A stretch of 64,000 nucleotides of DNA, from the NCBI RefSeq assembly GCF_018350175.1, contig NC_058368.1:224876001-224940000 (forward strand), written 5' to 3'. Below, piece by piece: positions 52,386 through 64,000 of this stretch; positions within the stretch are counted from its first letter, which is position 1; each line of letters opens with the position of its first letter. The position numbers were made by a program, and so were the translations under genes. Under the pieces are notes generated by a model that saw only the letters and a list, made by a program, of their open reading frames with translations, was not told the DNA's origin and made no database searches. Origin of the DNA: Felis catus. Lineage: Eukaryota.

Positions 52386-53182
52386 AATAGATCAATATCA
52401 CATGCATATGGATGAGTCATTAATATCCTAAAATTATTAGCTCATAAGTTCCAACAGAAGTAGAAAAATACTTTATCAAGAAAAAGTTGTTCATTTGTTC
52501 AAAGAACATAATGATGGTTCAATATTGAGAAATAGAATGATGTAACTTATTGCACATTAATAGAGAATGCTAAAAATAAGGTATTTAATAAAATTAAGCA
52601 TTCATTACAAACCAATACCTCACACTTATCATTTCTATTGTTAACTAACGTGCTGTAAGTCCTTGTCAATGCAATTTGTTAACAAACATAGGTTAGATGT
52701 ATAAATATTGAAGTGATACAGGAAAACTATCTACCTGGAAAGCCAAAAAGCATGAGGTGGAAAATATGAGAACAGCAAGGTTGTACAATGTTGTCAGATT
52801 TTTTAAAGAAAATATATAAAAATCAATAGCACTTAAGTAATGATCAATTATAGCATATGAAAATTGTTTGTAAATATTATATAAGGTTAGTGCTAACATG
52901 AAATACAGCCAAAAGGTAAAAAAAATAAAAAAGATAAAATAAAATACAAAAGGAGGTTGAATAAGTAAAAGGATAGATTTTGTACAATGGAAAGACTCAA
53001 TGTTACAACGATTGAATTTGCCAAGTATTTGTATATATTCAGTGTGGGTTCAGTCAAAATTGCTGCTGTATTTTCTGGAAGTATTTTTATTTTTTTTTGT
53101 TCTAGAGTTCACCTCCAGTAAGAAATGATTGGCATAAACAATAATACACTGATTTTAAAAAGTCACTTAAAAGCTCGTAGCC

Positions 53183-53388
53183 GGGGGCACCCATGTGGCT
53201 CAGTCAGTTAAGCATCTGACTCTTGGTTTTGGCTCAGGTCATGATCTCACGGCTGGTGGATTGGAGGCCAACATCGGGCTCCCTGCTGACAGCACAGAGC
53301 CTGCTTGGGATTCTCCCTTTATCCCTCTCTCTTCCCCTCCTGTGGTTTCTCTCTCTCAAAATAAATAACTAAACTTAAAAAAAGAATG
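53183..53388 (+). mobile_element. Can-SINE with TSD
   Basis: SINE body; taaaagctc(g/a)ta on both flanks. Confidence 0.9.
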
Positions 53389-53546
53389 TAAAAGCTCATA
53401 TCGCATCATGGCACGTCCCTCTTGAAATACTCCAATGGCTGGTTTTGTTTAAATCCATGGTAAAGAAGACCCTATCTTCCCATCCATCTTCTGCCTTTTC
53501 ATCCCGGTGCTGCTGTGCAATCACACGACACTGCCATGTGAGCTCC

Positions 53547-53677
53547 TGTAGGACGCAGAATAATGAGTCCCCAAATATGTTCCTACCCTCATCCCTGGAA
53601 CCTATCAATGTGTTTGATTATGTGACAAAGGGGATTAAGACTGCAGTTGGAATTGAGGTTGTTAATCAGTTGACCTC
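53547..53677 (+). mobile_element. MaLR LTR 5' fragment (MLT1)
   Basis: tgtaggacgcagaataatgagtccccaaatatgtt...atccctggaacct...aatcagttgacct. Confidence 0.7.
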
Positions 53678-54089
53678 TTCCAAAGCGTCCTGTCTAAATC
53701 GACAGGCTTTTGACACTCCACCTTATTTCGTTTCTGGAAGTTGGTACAAATTGTGATTGTATTTCATCTTTGTTTGTTATCATCATCCTTCTTCACTAAG
53801 TTCCAAGTAAGGGCCTTATCTGTCTTGCTCCATGTTCTATCCCCGATTCTTCATGCTGGGCTTAAAACATACGTAAAACTGAGTAAATAAATGAATATAC
53901 GAGGAACACACAGTAGTAAAATCATATGATAATGGCACACAAAAATCTATAGAAATCAACAGACAAGATAAGAGCCCAGAGACAGAAGGACAGATTTATG
54001 AATCTCCAGGATACAATAAAAATTTTACTTTAAAACTGTGAGTAAAAAATAGACTCGCTAATATATTGGGTACAGAATAACTATCCTTT

Positions 54090-54303
54090 GTTTTCTTTTC
54101 TCACATTTATTTATTTTTGAGACAGAGACAGACAGAGCATGAACAGGGGAGGGTCAGAGAGAGGGAGACACAGAATCTGAAACAGGCTCCAGGCTCTGAG
54201 CCATCAGCCCAGAGCCCGACGCGGGGCTCGAACTCACGGACCGCGAGATCGTGACCTGAGCCGAAGTCGGGCGCTTAACCGACTGAGCCACCCAGGCGCC
54301 CCG
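54090..54303 (-). mobile_element. Young Can-SINE with TSD
   Basis: gaataactatccttt is duplicated on both flanks; CpG-rich. Confidence 0.95.
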
Positions 54304-54420
54304 TGGAATAACTATCCTTTAAAAGTACTATATGCTCTTGCTATGCTCTAGATGGATTTAAGACTTAAATGTAAAAACAAAAGAATACTTTTATAGCTTT
54401 AGAATAAAAAAGTCCTTTTT

Positions 54421-54650
54421 CATTATTTTTTTAACGTTTATTTATTTTTGAGACAGAGAGACAGAGAGAGAGAGAGACAGACAGAGTGCGAGCCAGGGAG
54501 GGGCAGAGACAGAGGGAGACACAGTCTGAAGCAGGATCCAGGCTCTGAGCTGTCAGCACAGAGCCCCACACCGGGCTCAAACTCACAGGCCATGACATCA
54601 TGACCTGAGCCGAAGTTGGACGCCTAACCAACCGAGCTACCCAGGTGCCC
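54421..54650 (-). mobile_element. Can-SINE
   Basis: Reverse SINE body ending ccaggtgccc. Confidence 0.93.
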
Positions 54651-55206
54651 TTAAAAAATAATCACATGAAACTCAGAAACAATTAAGAGAAAAGGTTAAG
54701 ACATTTGAGAATCTAATAACTTAAATGCTCAAACAGCAAATAGGCCCCTAAGCCAAACTGGCAAATACCAGAAAGAAAATTTAAAAGCAGTGGAAAAATT
54801 TTTGCGATGCATTTTACAGGCGTTACAATAAAAAAATATTGAAAAGGCCTACAAATTAGTAAAACCATGTACTAATAGTCTTAGGTTCAAAAATGGAAAA
54901 GAACAGGAGCGAACAATTTATAGACTTTCTAGTAAACCTGAGAAGACCAGGAAAAACGATTCGCAGAATTGACCAACAGAGAAATAATAAGATGCTAACC
55001 CTTAAACAATAATCGAAGAAATGCAGCTAAGAACAAGGATGTAGTTGTCACGCACCAGACTGACAAATATCAAAATAGTTTATACCCAGTTAAATGTGGG
55101 AAAGCCCAAGCCCTCACCACCATGTAAAGAGGGTCATGTCGTACAAAATACTTCACAGTACTTCTTATGCCTTTCAAAAACAAGGAATATTTTTAACCAC
55201 GCTAAA

Positions 55207-57552
55207 ACGTTGATTTTTTGGTCTGTGTTGTTTTCTTTGTTTTTATTTAAAACATTATTTATTTATTTACTTACTTACTTACTTACTTACTTACCTATTT
55301 ATTTTTTACCGTGGGAAAACCAGACAGTAATGCTTGGAGAAGCCATTTTGCTTTCCTGGCTATGGGACAGTCGTCAGAGTTCTTCACCAGTTTTCTCCTG
55401 GTGTCTACGTTCTAAACCAAACAAACGTTTGTCTTCTGATGATAGGATATTAGGGGTGTTTGCTTCCGGCTGGAATTTTAGTTTCCCGTGAAAAGAGTAT
55501 AAGGAAGGATTGACTTTGCAAATGAAAGTTTCTGGGGATGGTATTGCCGTGCTGAGTCATTTTGCCCTGCGTGTGTATCGTGGCTGGAAGTTAGCTGGAG
55601 AACCGTTTATCTTTTCTTTCTCTCCTAACACCAATAACCCAGGTCTGCTTTGGCAGAATTCCCACTTTGCTTAGCAGCCAGCCCAAGCCACATCCACGCC
55701 TGGTGGAAATGCTCTGGTCAGGTGCATTTGGGAATGGGATAATTTTTTTTTTAATGTAATTTATCGTCAGTTGGCTTACATACAAGCACCCAGTGCTCAT
55801 CCCAACAAGTGCTGCCCTCAATGCCCATCACCCATTTTCCCCTCTCCCCTCCCTGATGGTTTGCCTCCCTCCCTCTCTGTGTGTAACTATTGCCCCCTTG
55901 CCTTCCCCCATGGACTTCTGTGAAGTTTCTCAAGATCCACATATGAGTGAAAACATCTGATATCTGTCCTTTTCTGACTGACTTATTTCACTTAGCATAA
56001 CACCCTCCAGTTCCACCCACGTTGCTGCAAATGGCATGATTTCATTCTTTCTCATTGCCGAGTAGTATTCCATTGCATATATAAACCACATCTTCTTTAT
56101 CCATTTGTCAGTTGATGGATATGTAGGCTCTTTCCATAATTTGGCTACTGTTGAAAGGGCTAAAACACTGCAGTATCTGTGCCCCTATGAATCAGCACTC
56201 CTGTATCCCTTGGGTAAACTCCTAGTAGTGCTATGTCTGGGTCATAGGGTAGTTCTGCTTTGAATTTTTGAGGAACGTCCACACTGTTTTCCAGAGCGGC
56301 GGCACCAGTTTGCGGAACGGGACCATTCTTGAAGTTACTCTGCAATCTTCCACATGACGTCCTTGTCATCTCTTGTATCGACCCTGAGCTTTGGGCTATT
56401 TTATTGAAGAAATATATTACACTTAATCTTTAGGGTAAGTCTGCTTGCCTCAAGTTTAGTGACGAGTGATATCCACTTGGTACCATCCAGAAATTCTTCA
56501 CCTTCCTGGCCATGGATAGTACGTGTCCCTATGCAATGTCTTCATTTCATTCCATTTGCACGTTGACGTGCCATCTTTTGTTGGTGATTCAAAAGGAAAT
56601 TTCTTTAGGAAGAAGAAATGTGTTTAGACCAACACGTTGTCATGAAAGTGGAATGTGAAATCGGGTCCTTTACCAATGAATCTGATCTTTCTGTATGTGC
56701 TCCTTCTCCCAACAATTTCTTTCTGAGCCATTGTAAACTCTCATATGTCACCAGTGCAGTTTGCCCATTTTCATGTAAGTTGTAGAATGAAGGTAAAGTA
56801 GGCCCAAGGTCTAGGGCCCCACAGTAATGGAGAGCAATTTGTTAGGCATCGCACTGAAATGGGTGGGATTCATGGTACTGTCCGTTCTGATGCTGTCCCC
56901 ACCCCCCCCCAATCTCTGGCAGTGGAATTGCCTTTAAATGCATGCTGTATTTTCTACAGAGACACAGCTCTATTGTGGAAGGTTCAGGACCTCGAATCCA
57001 ATTCCTCCAACAACTAATGTAGATATCCTCTAGTGTTCAAGAAGTCTGTTTCATTTTTGGGGCTATCGGATAACATTTTGGCCTAGGTTTTGATGTTCAG
57101 GGAGGAAAAGTACTGTTTGTCTGTATTTTGCAGATGTGGCAACTGGGGCTCATCCAATGTAGGCAATTCCCAAGATACTTAGTGAAAAATGCCAGAATCC
57201 AAACTTTATGTTTTGCACATAGTTGTGCTTCTTCGGCATATAAATAGCATCACTTTTCTAGTTATGAGTGAAAAAAGTTCAGTCAACAAGTATTGTATCA
57301 GGTATCTAGTCTTGTAATGTGCCCACATGTCCCGACGAGATGTGCAAAAGTAAATATGACTTGAATCTGAAGAGTTTACCATGATCCGGTGAAGAAAGGA
57401 GTGATGAAGATATAAAATGGGCTGTATCGTTGTGCTCTTGATAGAGGTAATAATCATTATAAACAGCCAAAACAATAACAGAAAGATATTCGGCAAGCCT
57501 AGGGTTTTATAGTCAAGATGGTATCTTTATGATGTTAGAGGAGTTCCTTCAG
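55207..57552 (-). repeat. Right arm of the large inverted repeat (~2.35 kb)
   Basis: Reverse complement of 48845-51189; paired coordinates sum to ~106396-106397 at both ends. Confidence 0.98.
55745..56313 (-). mobile_element. Mirror copy of the L1 3' fragment in the right arm
   Basis: Same truncation point and same internal 3'UTR deletion as 50084-50648. Confidence 0.92.
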
Positions 57553-58049
57553 GTTTGTTAGTCTACATAGATAGATCTCTACCGGTTACAGCTTATAGAA
57601 TTAGTTTATGAAAATTCTGAAGGAATGTGTAATATTTAGTTTAGAAACCATTAGGAAGAGTATTCTAGGCAAAGATATTAAGGGGGAAAACAGCTCCCAA
57701 AGAAATGTTTGTGAAATACACAACAGATTGCAGAAGCAAAAACTCACAGAGCCAGACGTGAGTAAAAAGAGACAATAGTGAACAAGGCTAGCTTGTCCAA
57801 GATTGGACTCTGCCTCTTGAAAGTGACAGAGAGGCAATAAAGAACTCCAAGTAGACAAATGACATGGTTGCATTAATCATAATTTTAATTAATCATAATT
57901 AATGATTAATCATAATTTTGAACATTCTTTCTAACTCATTTCTATCACTCTATAACCCTATAGTTCTAAATTTCTTAGTAATGGAGAGGTTAAATTTGGC
58001 ATTTGGTTTAAGTTAACTAGATTCTACAATAGTGTTAATAACAGTGTAT

Positions 58050-58450
58050 TAAATAAAAAATGTTAATCATTTGATAATGTAAGATTAATTCCATACACAT
58101 GATTTCATCAGACCACTCTGGAGTGCTGTTTTCACTTTGTGCAATACATTCCAGGAAAAAATGTTGTTAATCTGACAATATTTACAAAGTGTCCAGTGTT
58201 ATAGGAATAATTTAGTAAACCATATCTGGGGAAGAAAGTACTTTCTGTCTTCAAATTTTAAACAGCTGTCCTATGAAAGAAAAAACGACGTAAGGGATGG
58301 AACTTTAAAGCCTGTAGATTTAAGATATATTTGTTATGTGTGAGCAACTTATAGGAAGCAAAATTCCAGTTTAGTCTACAAAAACAGAATGTGACAAACC
58401 TTAAGATTTTCAGGGGGAGTAAATTACCTTCTGACATACAACCTCAAGCA
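58050..58450 (+). mobile_element. Degraded L3/CR1-like fragment
   Basis: catcagaccactctggagtgctgttttcactt, ctgtcttcaaattttaaacagctgtc. Confidence 0.45.
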
Positions 58451-58740
58451 GAGGTTAAAAACACTCTCTTCTTCAGGAAGTAGGGCTGCCTCTAGATAAG
58501 ACATAAAGAAGGAACTTGCCCTCTCACCATAAAAACAAAACAAAACAACCACGCGCTCTTGTCATAGAAAAATGGAGTCGACATATACAAAAGTTGAGTT
58601 TAGACGCCTATATTTACCTTTTGTATATATATATGAAAACTTCTTAAAATAATGGAAATACTCCATTTTTCCAAGCCTGTGCCCTTTCATGGTAGTTTTG
58701 AAATAAATACAATAAATGCATTGCTGTCAAATTAATTCTC

Positions 58741-58958
58741 TTTTTATTTATTTTTTTAAGTGTTTATTTTATTTTTGAGAGAGAGAAAGAGAGTGAGTGG
58801 GAGTGCATGAGCCGGGGAGGGGCAGAGAGAAAGGGGATTCGAAGCTGACTTTACATGGACAGCAGAAGGCCTGATGTGGGGCTCGAACTCATGGATCCAT
58901 GAGATCATGACCTGAGCGGAAGTCAGACATTCCACTGACTGAGTCACCCAGGCGCTCC
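58741..58958 (-). mobile_element. Can-SINE with TSD
   Basis: Reverse SINE; taattctcttttt on both flanks. Confidence 0.92.
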
Positions 58959-58986
58959 TAATTCTCTTTTTGAACATTTTGCTTGG

Positions 58987-59305
58987 TGCTTCATATTCTG
59001 TGTCTCCCTCTCTCTCTGCCCCTCCCCCGTTCATGCTCTGTCTCTCTCTGTCTCAAAAATAAATAAATATTAAAAAAATTTTAAAAAATCAGGGCACCTG
59101 GGTGGCTTAGTCAGTTAAGCATCCGACCTCGGCTCAGGTCATAGTATCACGGTCTGTGAGTTTGAGCCCCGTGTTGGGCTCTGGGCTGACAGCTCAGAGC
59201 CTGGAACCTGCTTCAGATTCTGTGTCTCCCTTTCTCTCTGCCTCTCCCCCATTCATGTTCTCTCTCTCTCTCTCTCAAAAATAAATAAACATTAAAAAAA
59301 TTAAA
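58987..59305 (+). mobile_element. 3' half SINE followed directly by a full SINE
   Basis: tgcttcatattctgtgtctccc...A tail (to ~59089), then gggcacctgggtggc... full copy. Confidence 0.9.
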
Positions 59306-59994
59306 TAGTTTGCTTGGAAAACTGCATTGATGTGAATAGAAATAAAATCTACAAATGCTTTGTATTACTAGGAAATAAGGGGAAAGGACCAAGAAATCCA
59401 AAGTCAATATATTGCATGATTATCAATGGAGGACATGATACTGATGATAACAATTAAGTAATTTGTATTACATACCTCCAAATTACTTTAACAATGATAA
59501 TGAGAGATATCAATAGGTTTTAGAAATTCTACCAACGTGAGCCTTTGAAACCTTATATTCCTTAATTATGCTTACTGATATTTTCTTTGCACTTAGAATT
59601 TTCACTCACTTCTCAGTTAATTTTTTGTCATGATTCTCTAATGAACCACCTTTTAAGGTGGAGAACAGTGTAACAGGAGAAGAATAACTTACAATTCAAT
59701 TTATTATACATAATGAGTTACAGTATCATAAATCATTTCCCAAGGCTAATGATACCAAGCTAAACTCTCTTAACCGTAGTTAGACATATTCACAAAATAT
59801 TCCCATCCCTTTTACATTTCCTGAGTTGCACCAACTATGGATTTTATGCTCTAAGTTGAGAAAGGATTAATAAATACTGAGCACCCACATGGGTTCAAGA
59901 TATGTCATATATTTTGATATGGTTTATCTATAAACCAAGAAAATGTATTCAGGTGCACTTTACTTATATTTATGTAATTCACTTGAAAAATTCT

Positions 59995-60133
59995 TTTATT
60001 TAAGTTTATTTATTTATTTTGAGAGAGGGAGAGAGCAGGTGAGGAGTGGTGGGGCTCATACTCACCAACCATGAGATTGAGACCTGAGCAGAAATCAAGA
60101 GTCAGGCACTTAACTAAGCCATACAGGAACCCC
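59995..60133 (-). mobile_element. Internally deleted Can-SINE
   Basis: tttatttattttgagaga...gacctgagcagaaatcaagagtcag. Confidence 0.8.
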
Positions 60134-60300
60134 TGAAAATTTCTTATACAGTCCTCACAGAAAAGATGAAGAAATGCGTTAAGAATGGTAATATTGTTGG
60201 GCAAATGTAATTACCTATCCAAAGGTAATGACTGATTTAATGTGAAGATAAATTCCTTATGGCTTCTTCTCAGTCATGGCTGTGTATTTTGAAAGATAGC

Positions 60301-60500
60301 TTTTTTTTTTTTTTTTTTTGGCAGGGGTGGGGGAGCGTAAGCGGGAGAGGGTCAGATAGAGAGCAATAGAGGATCTGAAGCAGGCTCTGTACTAACAGGC
60401 TGACAGCAGCAAGCCTGATGTGGGGCTCGAACTCACAAACTGCAAGATCATGACCTGAGCCAAGGTAGGGCATTCAATCGACTGAGCCACCCAGGCACCC
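60301..60500 (-). mobile_element. Can-SINE with TSD
   Basis: Poly-T then SINE body; aaag(a/g)tagcttt on both flanks. Confidence 0.9.
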
Positions 60501-60799
60501 CAAAGGTAGCTTTGATTTAAATATTGTTATGCTTATGGAATTCCAAGATGGTGGGAGGTACAAAGAATAGCCAATATAATAGATAGCAAGATGATCTGAA
60601 TTTATTGAATAACATAAACTTGGAAAAGATATAAATACCCATGCCTCGGTTTTTGTCTGCATATGACAGGGGTACAGGAATTTTAATTATAAAAAGTGAA
60701 TGTGCAAAAGTCTCAGTGGATTCAAGTCCCAAAGAGCTTGAAAACTGAATAGCTAAAGTACCCTTGAATCTTATTTAACTGAAGCCAAAGTCTTTTTTT

Positions 60800-61800
60800 G
60801 ATTTTCTACAAGCTCATTATGAATCAACAGAGTGATAGAGCTGACCAAAATGTTAATGTCATCCTGAAATGCATTTGTAAAAATATTGTGCACAGAATAC
60901 AGGAACTCAGAACAAGCGAAGCCCTCGTCTGCATTGTTCAGACGGTTTGAGATGCTTGTTCTACATGGGTGCCTCTCTTAGAGGAACATTGAGAAACTGG
61001 AATGCATCTAGAAGATAAAGATCTGCAAAGCACTGCATATGTATTAAGAGACTGATGAACTGAGAACATTTATCTTGAAAAGGAAAACACTTGGCATGTC
61101 TATTTAAGTCCCCCGAGAACTAGAGTCAAGATGGAATTGGATATACAAGAGATTTATTGGAAAATGTCTATGAAGAATAAAGACGGAGAGACCAGGAGTA
61201 GGTAGGAAGAGTCTTAAGACTATGATTCAGCCTTGACACCTGGGAAGGACATAAAGAAAGAATTATATAGAAAGAGCCTCAGTACAGCATGCAGCTCTAG
61301 AAAGGTCTTAGCCAGACCTATGGGAAGTCCCTAAGCCAAACTTGCCTCTTAACAAATCCTCTATAGGCAGAAGTGGCTTCATTCCAGTATGGCAGGTGTG
61401 TTCAGTCATTGGGTAGGAGCAGTCTGGAGAAAGCACGCCCTCTCATCAGTGACCCAGTGAATCCCAAGGTGCGGCCATTGGAGAGTGTCAACCAGATAAG
61501 GTCTTGCAGCAGGTCCTTCAAAGGCACACTTCCATGGCCGCTACACTTGGGAAGGCATAATAGCTATTTTTAGTTTTACCAAAAAGCTTTAAAACGAACA
61601 AAGGTCTAGGTTTCTTCTACATGACATCAAAGCACAAAAGTAGAACAAAGAGATAAATAGGACACTCAGATGTATATTACATATAGCATATAAAACATAA
61701 TTTTTAATAATTAGAGCTCAGAAAGGGAATGAACAGTTTCATGAGATAATGAATCAGAAGTTAGACCAGAAGATCTGTTAAGCTCCTTCTCAATCCTGAA
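60800..61800 (+). mobile_element. L3/CR1-like 3' region split by an LTR
   Basis: gaggaacattgagaaactggaatgcatctagaag...gaactgagaacatttatcttgaaaaggaaaacactt; resumes after ~61546. Confidence 0.5.
61098..61545. mobile_element. Old ERVL/MaLR-class LTR
   Basis: acaagagatttattggaaaatgtctatgaagaataaa...ccttgacacctgggaagg...cttccatggccgctaca (tg...ca termini). Confidence 0.6.
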
Positions 61801-63033
61801 GTCTAATAAGATTTAGGAATAAAGACAGTAAGGATAGGAGAAACTCAATTAAGGAGTATGATTTGTTCAAACGAGCCTGGATTCAGAAGCATTGATTTTT
61901 TCTTTTATAATAATGGCACATCTTTCATTTTGGTAGAAAACTGTAAGAAATATACTGAAAACCCACTGCTTCTTATCAGTGTGAACTGATTCTCTCCCTG
62001 CATGGGATTAGAACCAGAGAACTGTAAACTGGGATGTAAATCATAACCCTTCTGATCCCTGATGTTCTGAAAAACATTAATAATATTTGTCTTCCCTTTA
62101 GTTATTTCCTAAAAAAAAGCAGTCTACTTTCCTTGTCGATACAGCTTATGTCCCTGCAAAAGAGTTCTCTAGATTTCAGTCACGTGATAGCTTCTGCTTC
62201 CTTTGGGGGATAAAAAATTAAAAAGCTTTCGTGCTGTGTATTTTCTCAGCCTCATCGCAGAGTTAAGTAAGCTACCATAGAGTCCTGAACTTGAGAATTG
62301 AAAATCTGGCAACCAGCCCAGAGCCGGTTTCCAAAAAGCAGCAGCTATCCTGGGCCCGTACAAAGGAGATGGTTGCCCCAGCAACAGTTTCTGATAAAAG
62401 AAAATATGGCCGACAGGTACACGTCCAGATTGCTCCAGAAAGAGGAAAATGGCTCGGCTGCTGCAGCACTCACGAGTAAGGAGTCCTTTAGCAAATCTCG
62501 GCTTTTAAAAGCGAATCCCTTCATTTCCAATTGCAGGCATTTTCCGTGTAATCTAGATCAAGGTCATGATCAATGTATTTCAGAATTCGGCATTTTGTGG
62601 TGATTACTGAGAATGAATGTGCCTCCCAACGTAAACGCAGCCACCACAAATGATTGCCAAGACACATCAGCTAACTCAAAAGGCCACTTTCCAAACAGAT
62701 TTGCTCAAAATAAGCATTGATTTGTTTTTTTATCCAGTCTTTAATTAAATTCTCTGAGTATGCCCCGGTTTCTTTCTTATTATTGCACAGAACTATGACT
62801 TTCATGTGAAACCTTCAAACTGCTCAGAGCTTTCATTATTTTAGTTTACATAATGATTTGCAATTTATGCTGTCGTATTTTTTTTTTATAAAAGACTAAA
62901 CATTGCTCAGTGTCCTGTTCTTTTCGCTGAATACTTCCTGATAGAATATTTTGCAGAAATAACCTTAGGGATTTTTGTCAGAGGCCCTAAAATGGTTGTG
63001 GTCAGTAATACTGTTTCTTTGATTTGATTTTAT

Positions 63034-63255
63034 GTTTTTTTTTTTTTTTAAGTTCATTTATTTTGAGAGAGAGGGGAAAAAAAAAACACGAGTGGGGGAG
63101 GGGCAGAGAAAGGGAGAGACAGAAATCCCAAGTAGGCTCAACACCACCAGTGCAGACCCGGCTGATGTGAGGCTGGATCTCACAAATCGTGAGATCATGA
63201 CAGGAGCCGAGATCACGAGTCAGATGCTGCACCCACTGAGGCACCCAGGCACCCC
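63034..63255 (-). mobile_element. Can-SINE
   Basis: Poly-T, then body ending ccactgaggcacccaggcacccc. Confidence 0.92.
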
Positions 63256-64000
63256 TGATTCCTTGATTTTAAAGCATTTTTCCTGAAAAGCCTGCAAAGC
63301 TTGCTTACTGGAGAATTGGATTCCCTAAATGTACACTTCAGATTGATCTATGTATAGATTTACTATAATTTCTTAGTATAGACCTGGCTATTCACTCCTA
63401 TAGCAATCAGAATCTCAGTAAGAAGGGCACACATAAGCCACTGCTCAGTGAACCGGTTTGTAATATATGTCCTTTCGCTCTGCACTCCCTCCCTTAAATA
63501 GCCAGTTTTATTTCCAAAGTTCTGTGACATAAGGAAAGAGACCTGTGTTCTTTTAGGACATCCAGGTCCTGGTGCTCATGTTTCTATTAGCTTATGAAAT
63601 GGCATTAGTAGGGCTCTTAGTCTCTTGACGTTTTGGAGACAGCACGATGCACTCCATGCAAATGACCTCTACAATCCCTGGTTGTGCTGTTCCAGGAAAG
63701 GAAGCTCACATTGTACTGTGAGCACAAAACAAGGTTCCATTTGGACCTATCCATTAAATTTTGATTCAGTCTTCTTTATCAAGTTTTCTTTACAATTTTT
63801 TTCCTGCATAAACACTCCACCTTTTCCTCAGCAGATTAAATTACGACCAGCTTTAAAATTCTACGTAAACGGTTCATTTTATACACTGACTGAAGAACTC
63901 CAGTCGACCCTATTCAGGGGCATTTAATGCTTTTTCATCTGGCTGTTACTTGGATTGGAGTATGAAATCCCTGGGACAAATCTAAAAACGCACAGAAAGA

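Larger units (their letters stand above)
52130..55100 (+). mobile_element. Highly degraded old L1 ORF2 remnants filling most of the inverted-repeat spacer
   Basis: A-rich L1-like motifs (aatatataaaaatcaatagca, ggaaagactcaatgtt, agagcccagagacag, agatggatttaagacttaaatgtaaaa) interrupted by SINEs and an LTR piece. Confidence 0.6.

Noticed and set aside
55045..55491. 148-aa ORF crossing into the right arm
   Set aside because: Non-ATG start, runs through a microsatellite (YLLTYLLTYL) and has no recognisable homology.
48845..57552. Inverted repeat as terminal inverted repeats of a DNA transposon
   Set aside because: The arms are far longer than typical mammalian TIRs, contain an L1 fragment, have fuzzy ends with no TSD, and the spacer shows no transposase.
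48845..57552. Inverted repeat as a simple read-chimera or fold-back artefact
   Set aside because: The arms differ by many substitutions (several CpG-type transitions) and a different microsatellite, and enclose 4 kb of distinct sequence. A misjoined second haplotype cannot be fully excluded without reads.
57872..57920. attaatcataatt local tandem and inverted repeats
   Set aside because: AT-only low-complexity slippage product of little significance.
62280..62500. GC-richer segment with overlapping ORFs and a possible GTAAG donor near 62476
   Set aside because: No recognisable protein similarity or clear acceptor; cannot support an exon without expression or conservation data.

Overview
Mammalian non-coding DNA, almost certainly from a felid (Carnivora), judging by abundant Can-SINEs (including young SINEC_Fc-type copies) and carnivore-type L1 3' ends. 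The window is AT-rich and dominated by interspersed repeats: about 30 SINEs, L1 fragments of several ages, L2, L3/CR1, MIR, MaLR/ERVL LTRs and hAT MERs. I find no credible host protein-coding exon; the only recognisable protein fragments are a disrupted L1 ORF2. The standout structure is a large inverted repeat with two ~2.35 kb arms (48845-51189 and 55207-57552) around a ~4.0 kb spacer. The arms are mostly non-TE sequence, about 98-99% identical by eye, with divergence rising towards the outer edge and fading homology beyond both ends. This pattern suggests an old palindrome homogenised by gene conversion, possibly an invertible segment or a source of long hairpin RNA. Secondary points are an internally deleted L1 (5'UTR fused to mid-ORF2) with a possible 3' transduction, and an exact 71-bp duplication beside a (TA)n tract. 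Repeat family names come from recognition by eye, and boundaries are approximate.
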